Shown here one piece after another: positions 9,507 through 18,590 of a DNA stretch of 64,000 nt (position 1 is its first letter; every line of letters begins with the position of its first letter). The notes beneath the pieces are model-generated. The model searched no databases and was not told where the DNA came from. It saw only the letters and a list, made by a program, of their open reading frames with translations. The translations under genes were made by a program, and so were the position numbers. This stretch comes from Candidatus Jorgensenbacteria bacterium (GTDB lineage Bacteria; Patescibacteriota; Minisyncoccia; UBA6257; GWB1-50-10). The DNA lies in NCBI GenBank assembly GCA_030648515.1, contig JAUSHK010000005.1, positions 48,383 through 112,382 of the forward strand, written 5' to 3'.

Positions 9507-10427
9507 TTATTTGGCGTAGTATTTAAGCAAGGCTTCAATGCCAGCCTGATTTTTACTCCATTCAGTATCCGTATGATTTTTAAGAAGAACGCTTATTGCG
9601 GGAATGTTGCTTTTCGCGAGCCAATTTACCATATCGCCGGTTATTTCGTAGAAGTTAAAACTCTCGTAGGCGGGGTACCCCGAGGCATCCGCAAATTTTT
9701 TAGTAATCGTGTTCGTCTCCGGCAAAACACCATTGTGACAGTTTGACGCGAATACACCATTTGCCGCGCTATACCAAACCACTACTGCTTTTGGTTTTTG
9801 AGTTTCAATATAATTTTTAATCGCGAGGCTTTCTGGCTCAGAAAATACAGAGCTTCCACCGCTCACTTTCGTATTCTGCCATTTTGCGCTTTCTTGCCAG
9901 TCACAGTCAAAATTGCGATTGAGGTCAACATTGTTCGCGTTAAAACGGCCTGATGTCTGGATGGCTTGCGACGATGACACCTGAGATGCTGTAAACCGCC
10001 CTGTCGTGCCGATAACTTTATAGAGTCCGTCCGGATTCAAAACCGGTATGACAGTTGCTCTCACATTTGCCGGAATGATGGTCGGGTTCGCCTTCAAATA
10101 ATCCATCGCTTCGTAAGCGACAAGCGCCGTATTCCATTCATATCCGCCGTGTATTCCGCCGACAAACAAAATCTCCGCGTCACCAGTACCATAATGATAC
10201 GCGGTAATATCGCGGCTCTCTACTGATTTTCCAATTACCGATTCTCCCTTGTTTGTAACCGACGTTTCGCCAGTTTGGGCGTCATCCTGCGACTGGGTTA
10301 CGCTGCCTGATATATTCGCATCCTGAACTTTCCCAACATCCGCCGTATTAAATGAGCCACGAATGACAAAATACGCACCGGCGCCAATGATAACCACGAC
10401 TAGAAACACGATGATGATGTTTTTCAT
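9507..10427 (-). CDS. M14 zinc carboxypeptidase paralog, possibly inactive
   Basis: GGIHGGYE, NPDG, DLNRNF, SEPE; WYS instead of WHS. Confidence 0.85.
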   Translation of the reverse strand: MKNIIIVFLVVVIIGAGAYFVIRGSFNTADVGKVQDANISGSVTQSQDDAQTGETSVTNKGESVIGKSVESRDITAYHYGTGDAEILFVGGIHGGYEWNTALVAYEAMDYLKANPTIIPANVRATVIPVLNPDGLYKVIGTTGRFTASQVSSSQAIQTSGRFNANNVDLNRNFDCDWQESAKWQNTKVSGGSSVFSEPESLAIKNYIETQKPKAVVVWYSAANGVFASNCHNGVLPETNTITKKFADASGYPAYESFNFYEITGDMVNWLAKSNIPAISVLLKNHTDTEWSKNQAGIEALLKYYAK

Positions 10428-10471
10428 AATGACTTTAGTGTAGCACTATATTCTCATATTTCCTATAGCCC

Positions 10472-11395
10472 TCAATCAAAAATATTAATGAGATATGCGT
10501 CAATGTCTCTCTGGTCCATATCGTAAAAATTCAGTTTGTTGTCATGGAGATACGTTGCGAATTTTACGCCTACAAAGCGCCAATGCCACGGCTCGTAGAC
10601 GTAGTGGGTATTGCCTTTCGGATAAGAAATCTCAAAGCCAAAACGATACGCATTAGCGAGAAGCCATTGATAGGCCTGCGTGTTTTCAAAGCCCTCGGTT
10701 TGGCCGCCAAGTCCGGTAGTGATGAAATCCAATGTCGTTCCAAGCTGGTGCTCTGAATAACCCTGGTCCGCCGCGAACGAGTTGGCGGTGCCTGCGCCGT
10801 AAATAACGGTATATAAAGATTTAAGCGATTGCTGTTCTGCAAACGACCGGTAAGCGGATTCCGCGTAGAGCGCAATTCCGTTTGATTTTGCCGCATCAAA
10901 TAAGTTTTTAAGAAACGGCCATGCCTCCGTTAGGAATTGTTCCGAACTTGATTCCTTGTATAAATAATCGGCCGGCATACTAATCAGGTGCGGCGGCGTA
11001 TAATTTTCATTCAAAAAATATACTTTGGAATATTTTTTGAGAAGTTCAGGGTCAATTTTTGAAAGTTTTTGAAGCGTGCCGACGGTGCCGGAAATTGAAC
11101 CGACGGTCTGTTCAACTCCGCCAACCTGCGTTTTAACGGCGTCAATATTTTGCTGAGCGCTTGAGAGCGTATCGGAAAGTCCGGTGGTTTGCGAGCGCAG
11201 GTCCGCAAGATTTTTCGCAAGCTGGCCCGTATTCTGTGATAGCGTCGCGGTTGTAGACGCGAACTCCGTTGTAAGAGACCCTATCTGTTCCGTTAACGCG
11301 GAAATCCGCAGAAACCCGTAAACAAAAAGGCCGCCGAGCACGACAAAAACAATCCCTGCGGGGATTATATACGGCAAAAATCTTTTATATCCCAC
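10472..11395 (-). CDS. M15B D-Ala-D-Ala carboxypeptidase (VanY-like) with TM and coiled-coil stalk
   Basis: SAYRS, SEHQLG, YEPWHWR motifs. Confidence 0.9.
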   Translation of the reverse strand: MGYKRFLPYIIPAGIVFVVLGGLFVYGFLRISALTEQIGSLTTEFASTTATLSQNTGQLAKNLADLRSQTTGLSDTLSSAQQNIDAVKTQVGGVEQTVGSISGTVGTLQKLSKIDPELLKKYSKVYFLNENYTPPHLISMPADYLYKESSSEQFLTEAWPFLKNLFDAAKSNGIALYAESAYRSFAEQQSLKSLYTVIYGAGTANSFAADQGYSEHQLGTTLDFITTGLGGQTEGFENTQAYQWLLANAYRFGFEISYPKGNTHYVYEPWHWRFVGVKFATYLHDNKLNFYDMDQRDIDAYLINIFD

Positions 11396-11443
11396 GCAAA
11401 AGATTATACCGCATTTTCACCCAAATTTGAATTCAATTGATAA

Positions 11444-12037
11444 CTATTTTTTTCTTTGAATCTCGAGCCAATCCGGCGTCGGGATAAAAGTAATTTCTTT
11501 CCACGCGTCTATTTCTTTTTCCGTAACATTAAAATATTTTTGGTACGCGGTTTCTACACTTCCATGCATAGCTTGCGACCAGTCAAAACCCAATTTATCT
11601 ACTCCATCCTTAACTTCTTCCTCGGTTGACGCTTCAAATTCTACAAAAGAGGGAATCCATGGCCACGTATCAATGGTAATTTCGCAATCATTTAGTTTCC
11701 AAGTTTCGCGGCGCGTTTCTTGATATGAGCTTTGTTTTAATCCTATTGCTAAAAAAATATTACAGGCATCGTCAAAGTTATCCGCCGTAATGGTTATTTC
11801 TTTGGTTCCATACAAAGAGCGGTCCAATAGGCGCTTATAGCTAACTGTTATTTTATCTCCTTCGTCCCGTACTCTAATCCACGCGCCTTCTTTTTCCAAC
11901 CGTTCATCCGGGAAATCAAAAACCTTGCGCTTCATAAGGCGCTCGGCAGTAATTAAAATTGCCCCGACCTCAATGAGTTTCTTGCGAAATAATACCGGGT
12001 CTATATCTAAAAATTTGGCTTCTAATTCGGTTTTCAT
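11444..12037 (-). CDS. CYTH domain protein
   Basis: ExExK N-terminus, WIRVRD, EFE. Confidence 0.85.
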   Translation of the reverse strand: MKTELEAKFLDIDPVLFRKKLIEVGAILITAERLMKRKVFDFPDERLEKEGAWIRVRDEGDKITVSYKRLLDRSLYGTKEITITADNFDDACNIFLAIGLKQSSYQETRRETWKLNDCEITIDTWPWIPSFVEFEASTEEEVKDGVDKLGFDWSQAMHGSVETAYQKYFNVTEKEIDAWKEITFIPTPDWLEIQRKK

Positions 12038-12040
12038 TAC

Positions 12041-12694
12041 TCAGTTGAATTCAAAGTATTTACCTCCGCCGATTACTTTAACTTTTCCGTCAACAACTTT
12101 CAAGGCAGATTGATCATCAAGGGCGTAGGTTTTTTTGGTTATTTCTTTTATAACTTCTTTTATGGTGGCATCCATTCGTGCTGGGAAGTACGGGGAATTA
12201 AGGTGCGGCAAAAAATAGAAATCTACAAAGCCGAGCCCCGCCATAGCACTTTCTTCGGTGTCGTCCCCATATATTGCCCGGGAGAGCCTTAGTCCAAGGT
12301 CGGGAGCAGTTACCATACTCCCCGCACTGACACCGACATAAACTTTTGTCTTGAGTAATTCCGGCAAAATCTTCACTAGTCCAGATGTGTTAATCCACCT
12401 CATAAGATGGTACGTGTTGCCTCCCTCAAAAAACAAAACGTCAGCTTCTTCAATCTGTGGCCTCCAAATGTTTTCCGGAACGGCAGAAATATCAACTATC
12501 GCAATGGACTTAAATCCCTGCTTTTTGATGTTTATAAGGTCATTAATAAGCCAGTCCTTGTCCCCAACTTCCACATTCGCGGCCGTTGGGATGAAAGCAA
12601 CTGAGGTCTCGGCCGCTGGCTTCCCAACTAATTCAAACAGCCCTTTTGCGATTAATTGATTGGAAATCCCGCCTGATGTTAGTAACAATTTCAT
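12041..12694 (-). CDS. Peptidase E (S51 family)
   Basis: FIPTAA, GGNT, GVSAGS, LPH; likely start MKLLLTS at 12694. Confidence 0.85.
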   Translation of the reverse strand: MKLLLTSGGISNQLIAKGLFELVGKPAAETSVAFIPTAANVEVGDKDWLINDLINIKKQGFKSIAIVDISAVPENIWRPQIEEADVLFFEGGNTYHLMRWINTSGLVKILPELLKTKVYVGVSAGSMVTAPDLGLRLSRAIYGDDTEESAMAGLGFVDFYFLPHLNSPYFPARMDATIKEVIKEITKKTYALDDQSALKVVDGKVKVIGGGKYFEFN

Positions 12695-12926
12695 AAAGTT
12701 ATTATACATTAGCTGGCACGATTGGACGAGTTTCGAATGACAGATTTGGCAAGTTTGTTTGAGGGTTTTAAAAAACCATGGAGAAAATCAAAGAATTATT
12801 TTGTTTACTTGTTTAGAATAGCGGGAATTTTACACAGGAGAAAGAATGGAAATATTGCCATAAATAAAAAACCGCCTTCCAAGAATACTCATTGGTCGGC
12901 GGCGAGATACAAGGGATTGATTTTTA

Positions 12927-13520
12927 CTACGAAGAAACAACCAGGACGAGCGGAATTTTGTATGCATCCGCGACTTCCTTGAGACGCTCCCATACGTCCA
13001 CATAACGGCCTTCCGGACAGTAATGCCTCATCACGCCATCGGTAATAATAGCAGCTGGAAGAGTCATTGGTTCTTTACCTGAAAAAAGCTGCTTGCAGTT
13101 GTAAAAACGTGTCCAAAAGAGCCCCACGTCGCGGCTGAATTCCCACGTGTTTGAACCATCGAATTTGAAACCGGCGTTCGCGCACGCATTGCTGACTTTC
13201 AGGGGAATTTGCCGAACGGGACTCGACGGCTTTACGCCGGCAAAACCCATTTTTTCAAATCCAATTGTTGAACTGCAAACAAGAATTCTACCGGATGAAA
13301 CCGCGTTCCCCGGCATGATACTCTCGCTCCACGGATTATTCTCCCAAGGATTCGCAGAAAATGCCTCATAACCGCCGTCACTGTTCTTGGGAGGGGGTGT
13401 TTGGCCATCTCCGGTTAGGACCATCCAATGCCAGAGATCATGGTTTGTTACTTCCCGTTTTTTTTCTCCTAAGCTCGAAAGCCACTCGAGCACTTCAATT
13501 CTTCCTTTTTCAAGATTCAC
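12927..13520 (-). CDS. Hypothetical orphan protein (cassette-like)
   Basis: 197 aa, GTG start with AAGGAG SD, own promoter. Confidence 0.65.
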   Translation of the reverse strand: MNLEKGRIEVLEWLSSLGEKKREVTNHDLWHWMVLTGDGQTPPPKNSDGGYEAFSANPWENNPWSESIMPGNAVSSGRILVCSSTIGFEKMGFAGVKPSSPVRQIPLKVSNACANAGFKFDGSNTWEFSRDVGLFWTRFYNCKQLFSGKEPMTLPAAIITDGVMRHYCPEGRYVDVWERLKEVADAYKIPLVLVVSS

Positions 13521-13572
13521 GGGACTTCTCCTTTTTTGGTATATGTTTGACTATTTGAATGTTTCTAAATGA

Positions 13573-13600
13573 ATTGTATCACATATATACCATTTGTCAA
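13573..13600 (-). promoter_or_regulatory. sigma70 promoter
   Basis: TTGACA-16 nt-TACAAT with TG extension. Confidence 0.7.
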
Positions 13601-13656
13601 TCAGCTAGATTTTTAATAGCTTTAGAGCTGTTTGTCTGTTATGATGGGTTTTAACA

Positions 13657-14919
13657 ATGGAAACTAAAAGAGATTTTTATGGGCTCGGTATCGCGCCTGG
13701 CATTCTCCAAGTTCTTACCAAACTTGGTTTTAATACGCCAACTCCGATTCAAGAGCAGGCTATTCCAATCGCGATTGAAGGCAAGGATTTAGTGGGTGTT
13801 GCCCAAACCGGCACCGGGAAGACCCTCGCCTTTGGCATACCCTTGATTCAGCATGTCCTTCGTGGCGCTGGCACAGGTCTTGTTATCGTACCCACGCGCG
13901 AGCTCGCCCTGCAGATTGACGAGACCTTCCGCGGAGTCGGTACGCCGCTTAATTTGAGAACTGCTGCTCTTATCGGCGGGGAATCCATTTCCAGGCAAAT
14001 TCGGGACCTCCATCGCAGCCCGCAGGTTATTATCGGTACGCCTGGCCGGATTCTTGACCATCTCGCGCAAAGAACGCTTTCTCTTCAAAAAATAAGCATA
14101 TTGGTTCTTGATGAAGCCGATAGGATTTTGGATATGGGTTTTGCTCCCCAGTTGAAACGCATTCTTTCTGCTTTGCCGCGTAATCGGCAGACGATGCTGT
14201 TTTCTGCGACAATGCCGGAACAAATCATTAGGATGGCCAAAGAATATTTGAAACTCCCAATTAGGGTTGAAATCGCGCGCTCTGGCACGACCGTGAAGGA
14301 CGTTACTCAGGAATTGTTTTTCGTTCTTCAGGAAGAAAAACCTCGACTTTTGGAAAAAATTCTTCAGGAATATCGGGGTTCAGTACTGGTTTTTTCGCGC
14401 ACGAAACACAGCGCGAAAAAAATAGCCGCCTTGCTGCGCGCTTTAGGGCATACTGCCGCCGAGATTCACAGTAATCGTTCCCTGGGTCAGAGGAAAGAAG
14501 CTCTTGAAGGATTCAAAACTGGAAAATATCGGGTCCTCGCGGCAACGGATATTGCGGCGCGAGGGATTGACGTGACAAATATCGAACTCGTACTGAATTA
14601 CGATTTACCAGAGAATGCCGAAGATTATGTCCATCGGATCGGCCGCACGGCCCGGGCTGGTGTAAGAGGCCACGCCATTTCCTTTGCCCGCCCGAACCAG
14701 AAGAGAGACGTTCAGGCAATCGAAAAACTGATTAAAAAAACATTGCCCGTTTCCAAAATTCCGACTCTTCCCCCGCCCACGCCCTTTAAATTCAAAATAG
14801 AAAGGCCAGAGCGCGGTTTTTTCCCACACGGCCGGAGAAGTTCTTTTCACTCTCGCGGCCGCGGAAATTCTAAATTCGGAGGCAAACGGCCGCATTCCAA
14901 TTTTTTCAGGGGAAAGTAA
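13657..14919 (+). CDS. DEAD-box RNA helicase (RhlE-like)
   Basis: AQTGTGKT, PTRELA, DEAD, SAT, HRIGRTAR, basic tail. Confidence 0.95.
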   Translation: METKRDFYGLGIAPGILQVLTKLGFNTPTPIQEQAIPIAIEGKDLVGVAQTGTGKTLAFGIPLIQHVLRGAGTGLVIVPTRELALQIDETFRGVGTPLNLRTAALIGGESISRQIRDLHRSPQVIIGTPGRILDHLAQRTLSLQKISILVLDEADRILDMGFAPQLKRILSALPRNRQTMLFSATMPEQIIRMAKEYLKLPIRVEIARSGTTVKDVTQELFFVLQEEKPRLLEKILQEYRGSVLVFSRTKHSAKKIAALLRALGHTAAEIHSNRSLGQRKEALEGFKTGKYRVLAATDIAARGIDVTNIELVLNYDLPENAEDYVHRIGRTARAGVRGHAISFARPNQKRDVQAIEKLIKKTLPVSKIPTLPPPTPFKFKIERPERGFFPHGRRSSFHSRGRGNSKFGGKRPHSNFFRGK

Positions 14920-14949
14920 GTATTATCTCTTTTAAAGTAAACTCTCGCG

Positions 14950-15912
14950 CTATTTTTCTGACTTAATAACGTTCAAGATTTTTTCCACTTTTTTGATGCT
15001 TTCGGAATCGTCCGTGGAAATCGCGATCGCGTCCGGCTTTATTTCTTTCAGCGCTTTTAATTTTGTCTCAACGGACTTTTTATCCATAAGGTCGCTTTTC
15101 GTGAGAAAAAGATATTCGCGCTTTTCGAGAAGTTTTTTGTTGTAAGCGCCGAGTTCCTTACGGATTATTTCATAATCTTTTTGGATTGAGGCGGACTCCA
15201 CCGAAATCAAATGGAAAAGTATTTTTGTGCGCTCCACGTGCTTCAAGAATTTTATTCCCATGCCTTTGCCCTTGGACGATTCTTCTATGAGTCCGGGGAT
15301 GTCGGCCAGAATAATTTCGTAATAAACGCCAAGATTAGGTTCCAAAGTAGTGAAAGGATAATTCGCCACTTTGCTTTTGGCGTTTGTGAGTTTATTAAGC
15401 AAGCTTGATTTACCTACGTTAGGAAGTCCTACGAAGCCGACATCAGCGATTAGTTTTAATTCGAGGCGAAGCGTAAAATTTTCTCCCTGCAGTCCGTGCT
15501 GGAATTGCTTAGGGGTAGTATTTCTGGACGAACGGAAGTGAAAATTGCCCTTTCCTCCCCTGCCGCCTTTAGCCAGAAGCAGGCGCTCGCCGATTTTTGT
15601 TGTTTCAACTTCTGTCCCGGTCGTCAGATTATGGATTACTGTGCCCACGGGAACCTTCAAAACAAGATCGTCGGCGTCCGCGCCGTCCTTAAATTGCCCT
15701 CTCCCTGGTCCCCCATTCTTTGCTTTAATTTCTTTTTTATATCTAAATTGGCCCAAAGCGTTCAAATCAGAAACACCCTCGCAATAGATGCCACCGCCCT
15801 TGCCGCCGCTCGTGCCCGTCGGCCCCAAACTCATCGAATTCGTATTAAAAGCTACTGCGCCGTTTCCACCGTTACCAGCGGCTACTTTTATAACAACGTC
15901 ATCGATTAACAT
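14950..15912 (-). CDS. obgE: GTPase ObgE/CgtA
   Basis: Gly-rich Obg fold, GLPNVGKS, YPFTTLEP, DIPG, TKSD. Confidence 0.95.
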   Translation of the reverse strand: MLIDDVVIKVAAGNGGNGAVAFNTNSMSLGPTGTSGGKGGGIYCEGVSDLNALGQFRYKKEIKAKNGGPGRGQFKDGADADDLVLKVPVGTVIHNLTTGTEVETTKIGERLLLAKGGRGGKGNFHFRSSRNTTPKQFQHGLQGENFTLRLELKLIADVGFVGLPNVGKSSLLNKLTNAKSKVANYPFTTLEPNLGVYYEIILADIPGLIEESSKGKGMGIKFLKHVERTKILFHLISVESASIQKDYEIIRKELGAYNKKLLEKREYLFLTKSDLMDKKSVETKLKALKEIKPDAIAISTDDSESIKKVEKILNVIKSEK

Positions 15913-16001
15913 AGAATTGTTTTAGTAGTATAAGGGTTCTTGTGTCAACTTTTCAATCTTATTCTTGTTGGCTGACACAATGGGACAATACAGGAATCCT
16001 T

Positions 16002-16412
16002 CTAAATGACTTTGTGTAAATCTCCATTAATAACCTCAACACCCATACCAATCAATTCGTCTTTGAAATTAGATTCAGGAATTGGATTATATAAATATGC
16101 CTTTTTCCCAGAATCAAATGCTCTAAAAATTTCTAGAAAAGTAGCCCCTCCAATATAATTCGGCTGTCCATTTTTTTCAAAATTTAATACTAAAACACAA
16201 TCATTTGCGTCTACTTTCTCTTTTTGCAACCGAATCATATTCCCTTTCCATTTCCTATGTTCCTCAATCCCTAAATTTTTAATTTCTTCCTCCTTCATTG
16301 GCTCATCATAACTATTTGGAACAGTTATGATGTGTCCCATAACCTCAAGTTCATTTTTGATCTTTGTAACATAACAATAGTTATGTTTACTTGCACAAAT
16401 AAGTATTTTCAT
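16002..16412 (-). CDS. Nucleoside 2-deoxyribosyltransferase-like protein
   Basis: KILICAS...DCVLVLN...YIGGATFLE; similar to 4384..4791; AT-rich. Confidence 0.65.
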   Translation of the reverse strand: MKILICASKHNYCYVTKIKNELEVMGHIITVPNSYDEPMKEEEIKNLGIEEHRKWKGNMIRLQKEKVDANDCVLVLNFEKNGQPNYIGGATFLEIFRAFDSGKKAYLYNPIPESNFKDELIGMGVEVINGDLHKVI

Positions 16413-16443
16413 AGATTGAATATGTTATGTATGAAATTAATTG

Positions 16444-16514
16444 CTGCGGGACAGGGATTCGAACCCCGATACCGTGCTCCAGAGGCACGAGTCCTACCAT
16501 TAGACGATCCCGCA
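16444..16514 (-). tRNA. tRNA-Gln(CTG), CCA not encoded
   Basis: TGCGGGA/TCCCGCA acceptor stem, CGTGC-CTCTGGA-GCACG anticodon arm, GTTCGAAT T-loop. Confidence 0.95.
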
Positions 16515-16760
16515 ATGATTCTCAATCTGCCTTATTATCGTTTCTTTTTCAATGCGACAATCCTTGACCTTATGTTCATATTCCCTTGCCTCCTTCTCCA
16601 ATTCAAATTTTCTCGTAAAAACTAGCTCAAAAGGTTTATAAGGTTTTGTCGATTTAACTCTACCACTATTATGCTCACAAAGTCTTTCGTCCAATCTATT
16701 GGTACTTCCTGTGTAATACCATTCTCTTTGTTTACTTTTTATAATATAAACATACCACAT
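16500..16760 (-). CDS. Stand-alone GIY-YIG nuclease (86 aa)
   Basis: MWYVYIIKS...YYTGST...RL.EHN.G...E..A...E; stop codon lies inside tRNA-Gln. Confidence 0.9.
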   Translation of the reverse strand: MWYVYIIKSKQREWYYTGSTNRLDERLCEHNSGRVKSTKPYKPFELVFTRKFELEKEAREYEHKVKDCRIEKETIIRQIENHCGIV

Positions 16761-16768
16761 GTTACAGA

Positions 16769-16808
16769 CTACCATTAGACCTGCCTGCGCAGGCAGGCGA
16801 TCCCGCAA
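16769..16808 (-). pseudogene. Duplicated 5' fragment of tRNA-Gln interrupted by an 18-bp palindrome
   Basis: TTGCGGGATCG[CCTGCCTGCGCAGGCAGG]TCTAATGGTAG; flanks identical to 16494-16515. Confidence 0.85.
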
Positions 16809-16853
16809 CATATAGAAATTAAACAGCAAAAACACTTAAAAATCAATAAAAAC

Positions 16854-16881
16854 AGCCCTTAGCATGAAAGCGCTAAGGGCT
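16854..16881 (-). terminator. Intrinsic terminator
   Basis: AGCCCTTAGC/GCTAAGGGCT stem followed by T tract on minus strand. Confidence 0.8.
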
Positions 16882-16901
16882 ATGTGATACGAGATATAAA
16901 A

Positions 16902-17582
16902 CTATACTGCCTGAGAAACCGGCTCTTCTTCCAAAAGTGCCAAAAGATCTTTCGCTTCGGCTATTTTGCTTTTTATATCTATTTCCGGGAATTTCTCCCT
17001 CGCCCATTCGGTGGCGAATTTTAAGTTGCCAAGGAACAAGTCTTGCATTTTTAGAATTTCGCACGGAGTCTTTCCCCATTCGGCGGCGAGACCTAAAACC
17101 ACTTGTTGTAACCACACAGGATCAAGCACTTGGCTCAAATCCGCGTCACGGATAATTTTGAGCGTTAGGCCCAACTGATCGGATGGAGTTTGGTAGGGAA
17201 ATTCAGTGGCCATGATAATCTCTATGATTTTAGGAAGCTCCTCAATATCTTCGTCCATAATATGCTCTTTTAGCGCTACGATTGCCCTCTCTATATTCAC
17301 TGAATCCGGGCCCGATTTACCCGTGTGATTAAAATCGTGGAACATTGCCGCAATAAAAATATTTCGGACTTCTCTCTTTGATAATGTCCCGTAGAAAATA
17401 CACGCTTGATAGCATAACCACAAAACGTGAAGCATGTGCCTCCCGTTGTGATATGGATTAAGAAGATTCCGTGCGTCGTAAAAAATTGCTCGGAAATAAG
17501 GTCTTAAGTCGCCCTCGAAGAGAAGTGCATCGTTTCTGATTATTCCAGCAATTCCTCCGCGAACTTTTGATTCTTGTTCCAT
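16902..17582 (-). CDS. HD-domain phosphohydrolase
   Basis: PYHN..H, MFHD, RDADL; AAGGAGG SD. Confidence 0.85.
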   Translation of the reverse strand: MEQESKVRGGIAGIIRNDALLFEGDLRPYFRAIFYDARNLLNPYHNGRHMLHVLWLCYQACIFYGTLSKREVRNIFIAAMFHDFNHTGKSGPDSVNIERAIVALKEHIMDEDIEELPKIIEIIMATEFPYQTPSDQLGLTLKIIRDADLSQVLDPVWLQQVVLGLAAEWGKTPCEILKMQDLFLGNLKFATEWAREKFPEIDIKSKIAEAKDLLALLEEEPVSQAV

Positions 17583-17648
17583 ATACAATTCCCTCCTTGT
17601 TAAGATTTACTTTATCCACATTAATTACGATTTAAGAGTTCTACCGGT

Positions 17649-17677
17649 AGGATACGCAGTGTTTACATTTTTGTCAA
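17649..17677 (-). promoter_or_regulatory. sigma70 promoter
   Basis: TTGACA-17 nt-TATCCT directly after hairpin 17681-17709. Confidence 0.7.
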
Positions 17678-17769
17678 TAGAAACACCGCCAAAATGTAAG
17701 CGGTGTCTTATGTGTGGACGACGATATTTTTAGTATCCTGGCCTGGGCTATATTTAGGTGGATTTATGG

Positions 17770-18390
17770 TTATTTAATACAAAACTCTCTCTCGACGGGC
17801 TTGATAACGACGATCATACCTCCCTGTTTTATAATTGAGTAGACGTTTTTATTTGGAATTTCACCGCTTGTAGACTTTACTATTACGCCCTTTTCGTAGG
17901 ATATTTGGAAAGCGGGTTCGTCAAAAAGTTTCATTTGTTTTTCTTTCTTCTCTTTTTCCTCTTTTCGTAGAATTTCTTCATCTCTGCACTGGGTCATGTC
18001 TATAATTTGAACCGTCAATTGGCCCACGACGTTTATACCTGGCAGAAATAAAAAAATTTCTCTTGGAATCCTCTCGATAAATAACCACACATTCTCTGAT
18101 ATGGATTTAATAGCTTCCGGCGATGGGAACTCCCACTTCTTATCGGAAAAATTAGGGTATTCCAGCACTTCCTGCGTGGGTAATTCTGATCTTATTATTT
18201 CGCAAGTGTCTTTTAGATAACGATTCTTGCCCCTTAGAATGGTTACTCCGCTACTATTTTCGTCAATCTCCTTTTTCATTTTCCCAACTGCGTGCTCAAT
18301 TTGTTCTTTTCCAATTGGTGATATCCCGTGGTTTGCCATAAAATCCCCAGGGGAAACCATGATTACTTTCTTATTCTTGCTTACCTCCAT
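17770..18390 (-). CDS. Hypothetical orphan protein
   Basis: 206 aa, AGGGG SD, own promoter and terminator. Confidence 0.65.
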   Translation of the reverse strand: MEVSKNKKVIMVSPGDFMANHGISPIGKEQIEHAVGKMKKEIDENSSGVTILRGKNRYLKDTCEIIRSELPTQEVLEYPNFSDKKWEFPSPEAIKSISENVWLFIERIPREIFLFLPGINVVGQLTVQIIDMTQCRDEEILRKEEKEKKEKQMKLFDEPAFQISYEKGVIVKSTSGEIPNKNVYSIIKQGGMIVVIKPVEREFCIK

Positions 18391-18435
18391 GATACCCCCT
18401 ATTTTTTAAGTTTTTTATGTTTAATAACTGGCAAA

Positions 18436-18464
18436 AGGATACATGAAAAGAATTTATTTGTCAA
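18436..18464 (-). promoter_or_regulatory. sigma70 promoter
   Basis: TTGACA-17 nt-TATCCT directly after terminator 18470-18497. Confidence 0.7.
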
Positions 18465-18590
18465 ATAAAAAAGAGCGCATTTAATACAGCGCTCTTTAAT
18501 AGTCGGCGGCTAAGCATTAAAAGTGGCAAATGATCCGCCGCGATCCCAATCACTTGCCTAGCATTTTAATATGCCAGCCGCCCTGATTCT

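Noticed and set aside
12722-12982. 86-aa plus-strand ORF
   Set aside because: Weak start, no motif, runs through a hairpin and overlaps a convergent gene
16444-16808. Group I intron in tRNA-Gln
   Set aside because: The downstream tRNA is complete by itself and there is no room for a ribozyme core outside the ORF
16761-16835. N-terminal extension of the GIY-YIG ORF (MFLLFNFYMLRDRLPAQAG...)
   Set aside because: It is the translated promoter, tRNA fragment and palindrome; the domain begins at MWYVY (16760)
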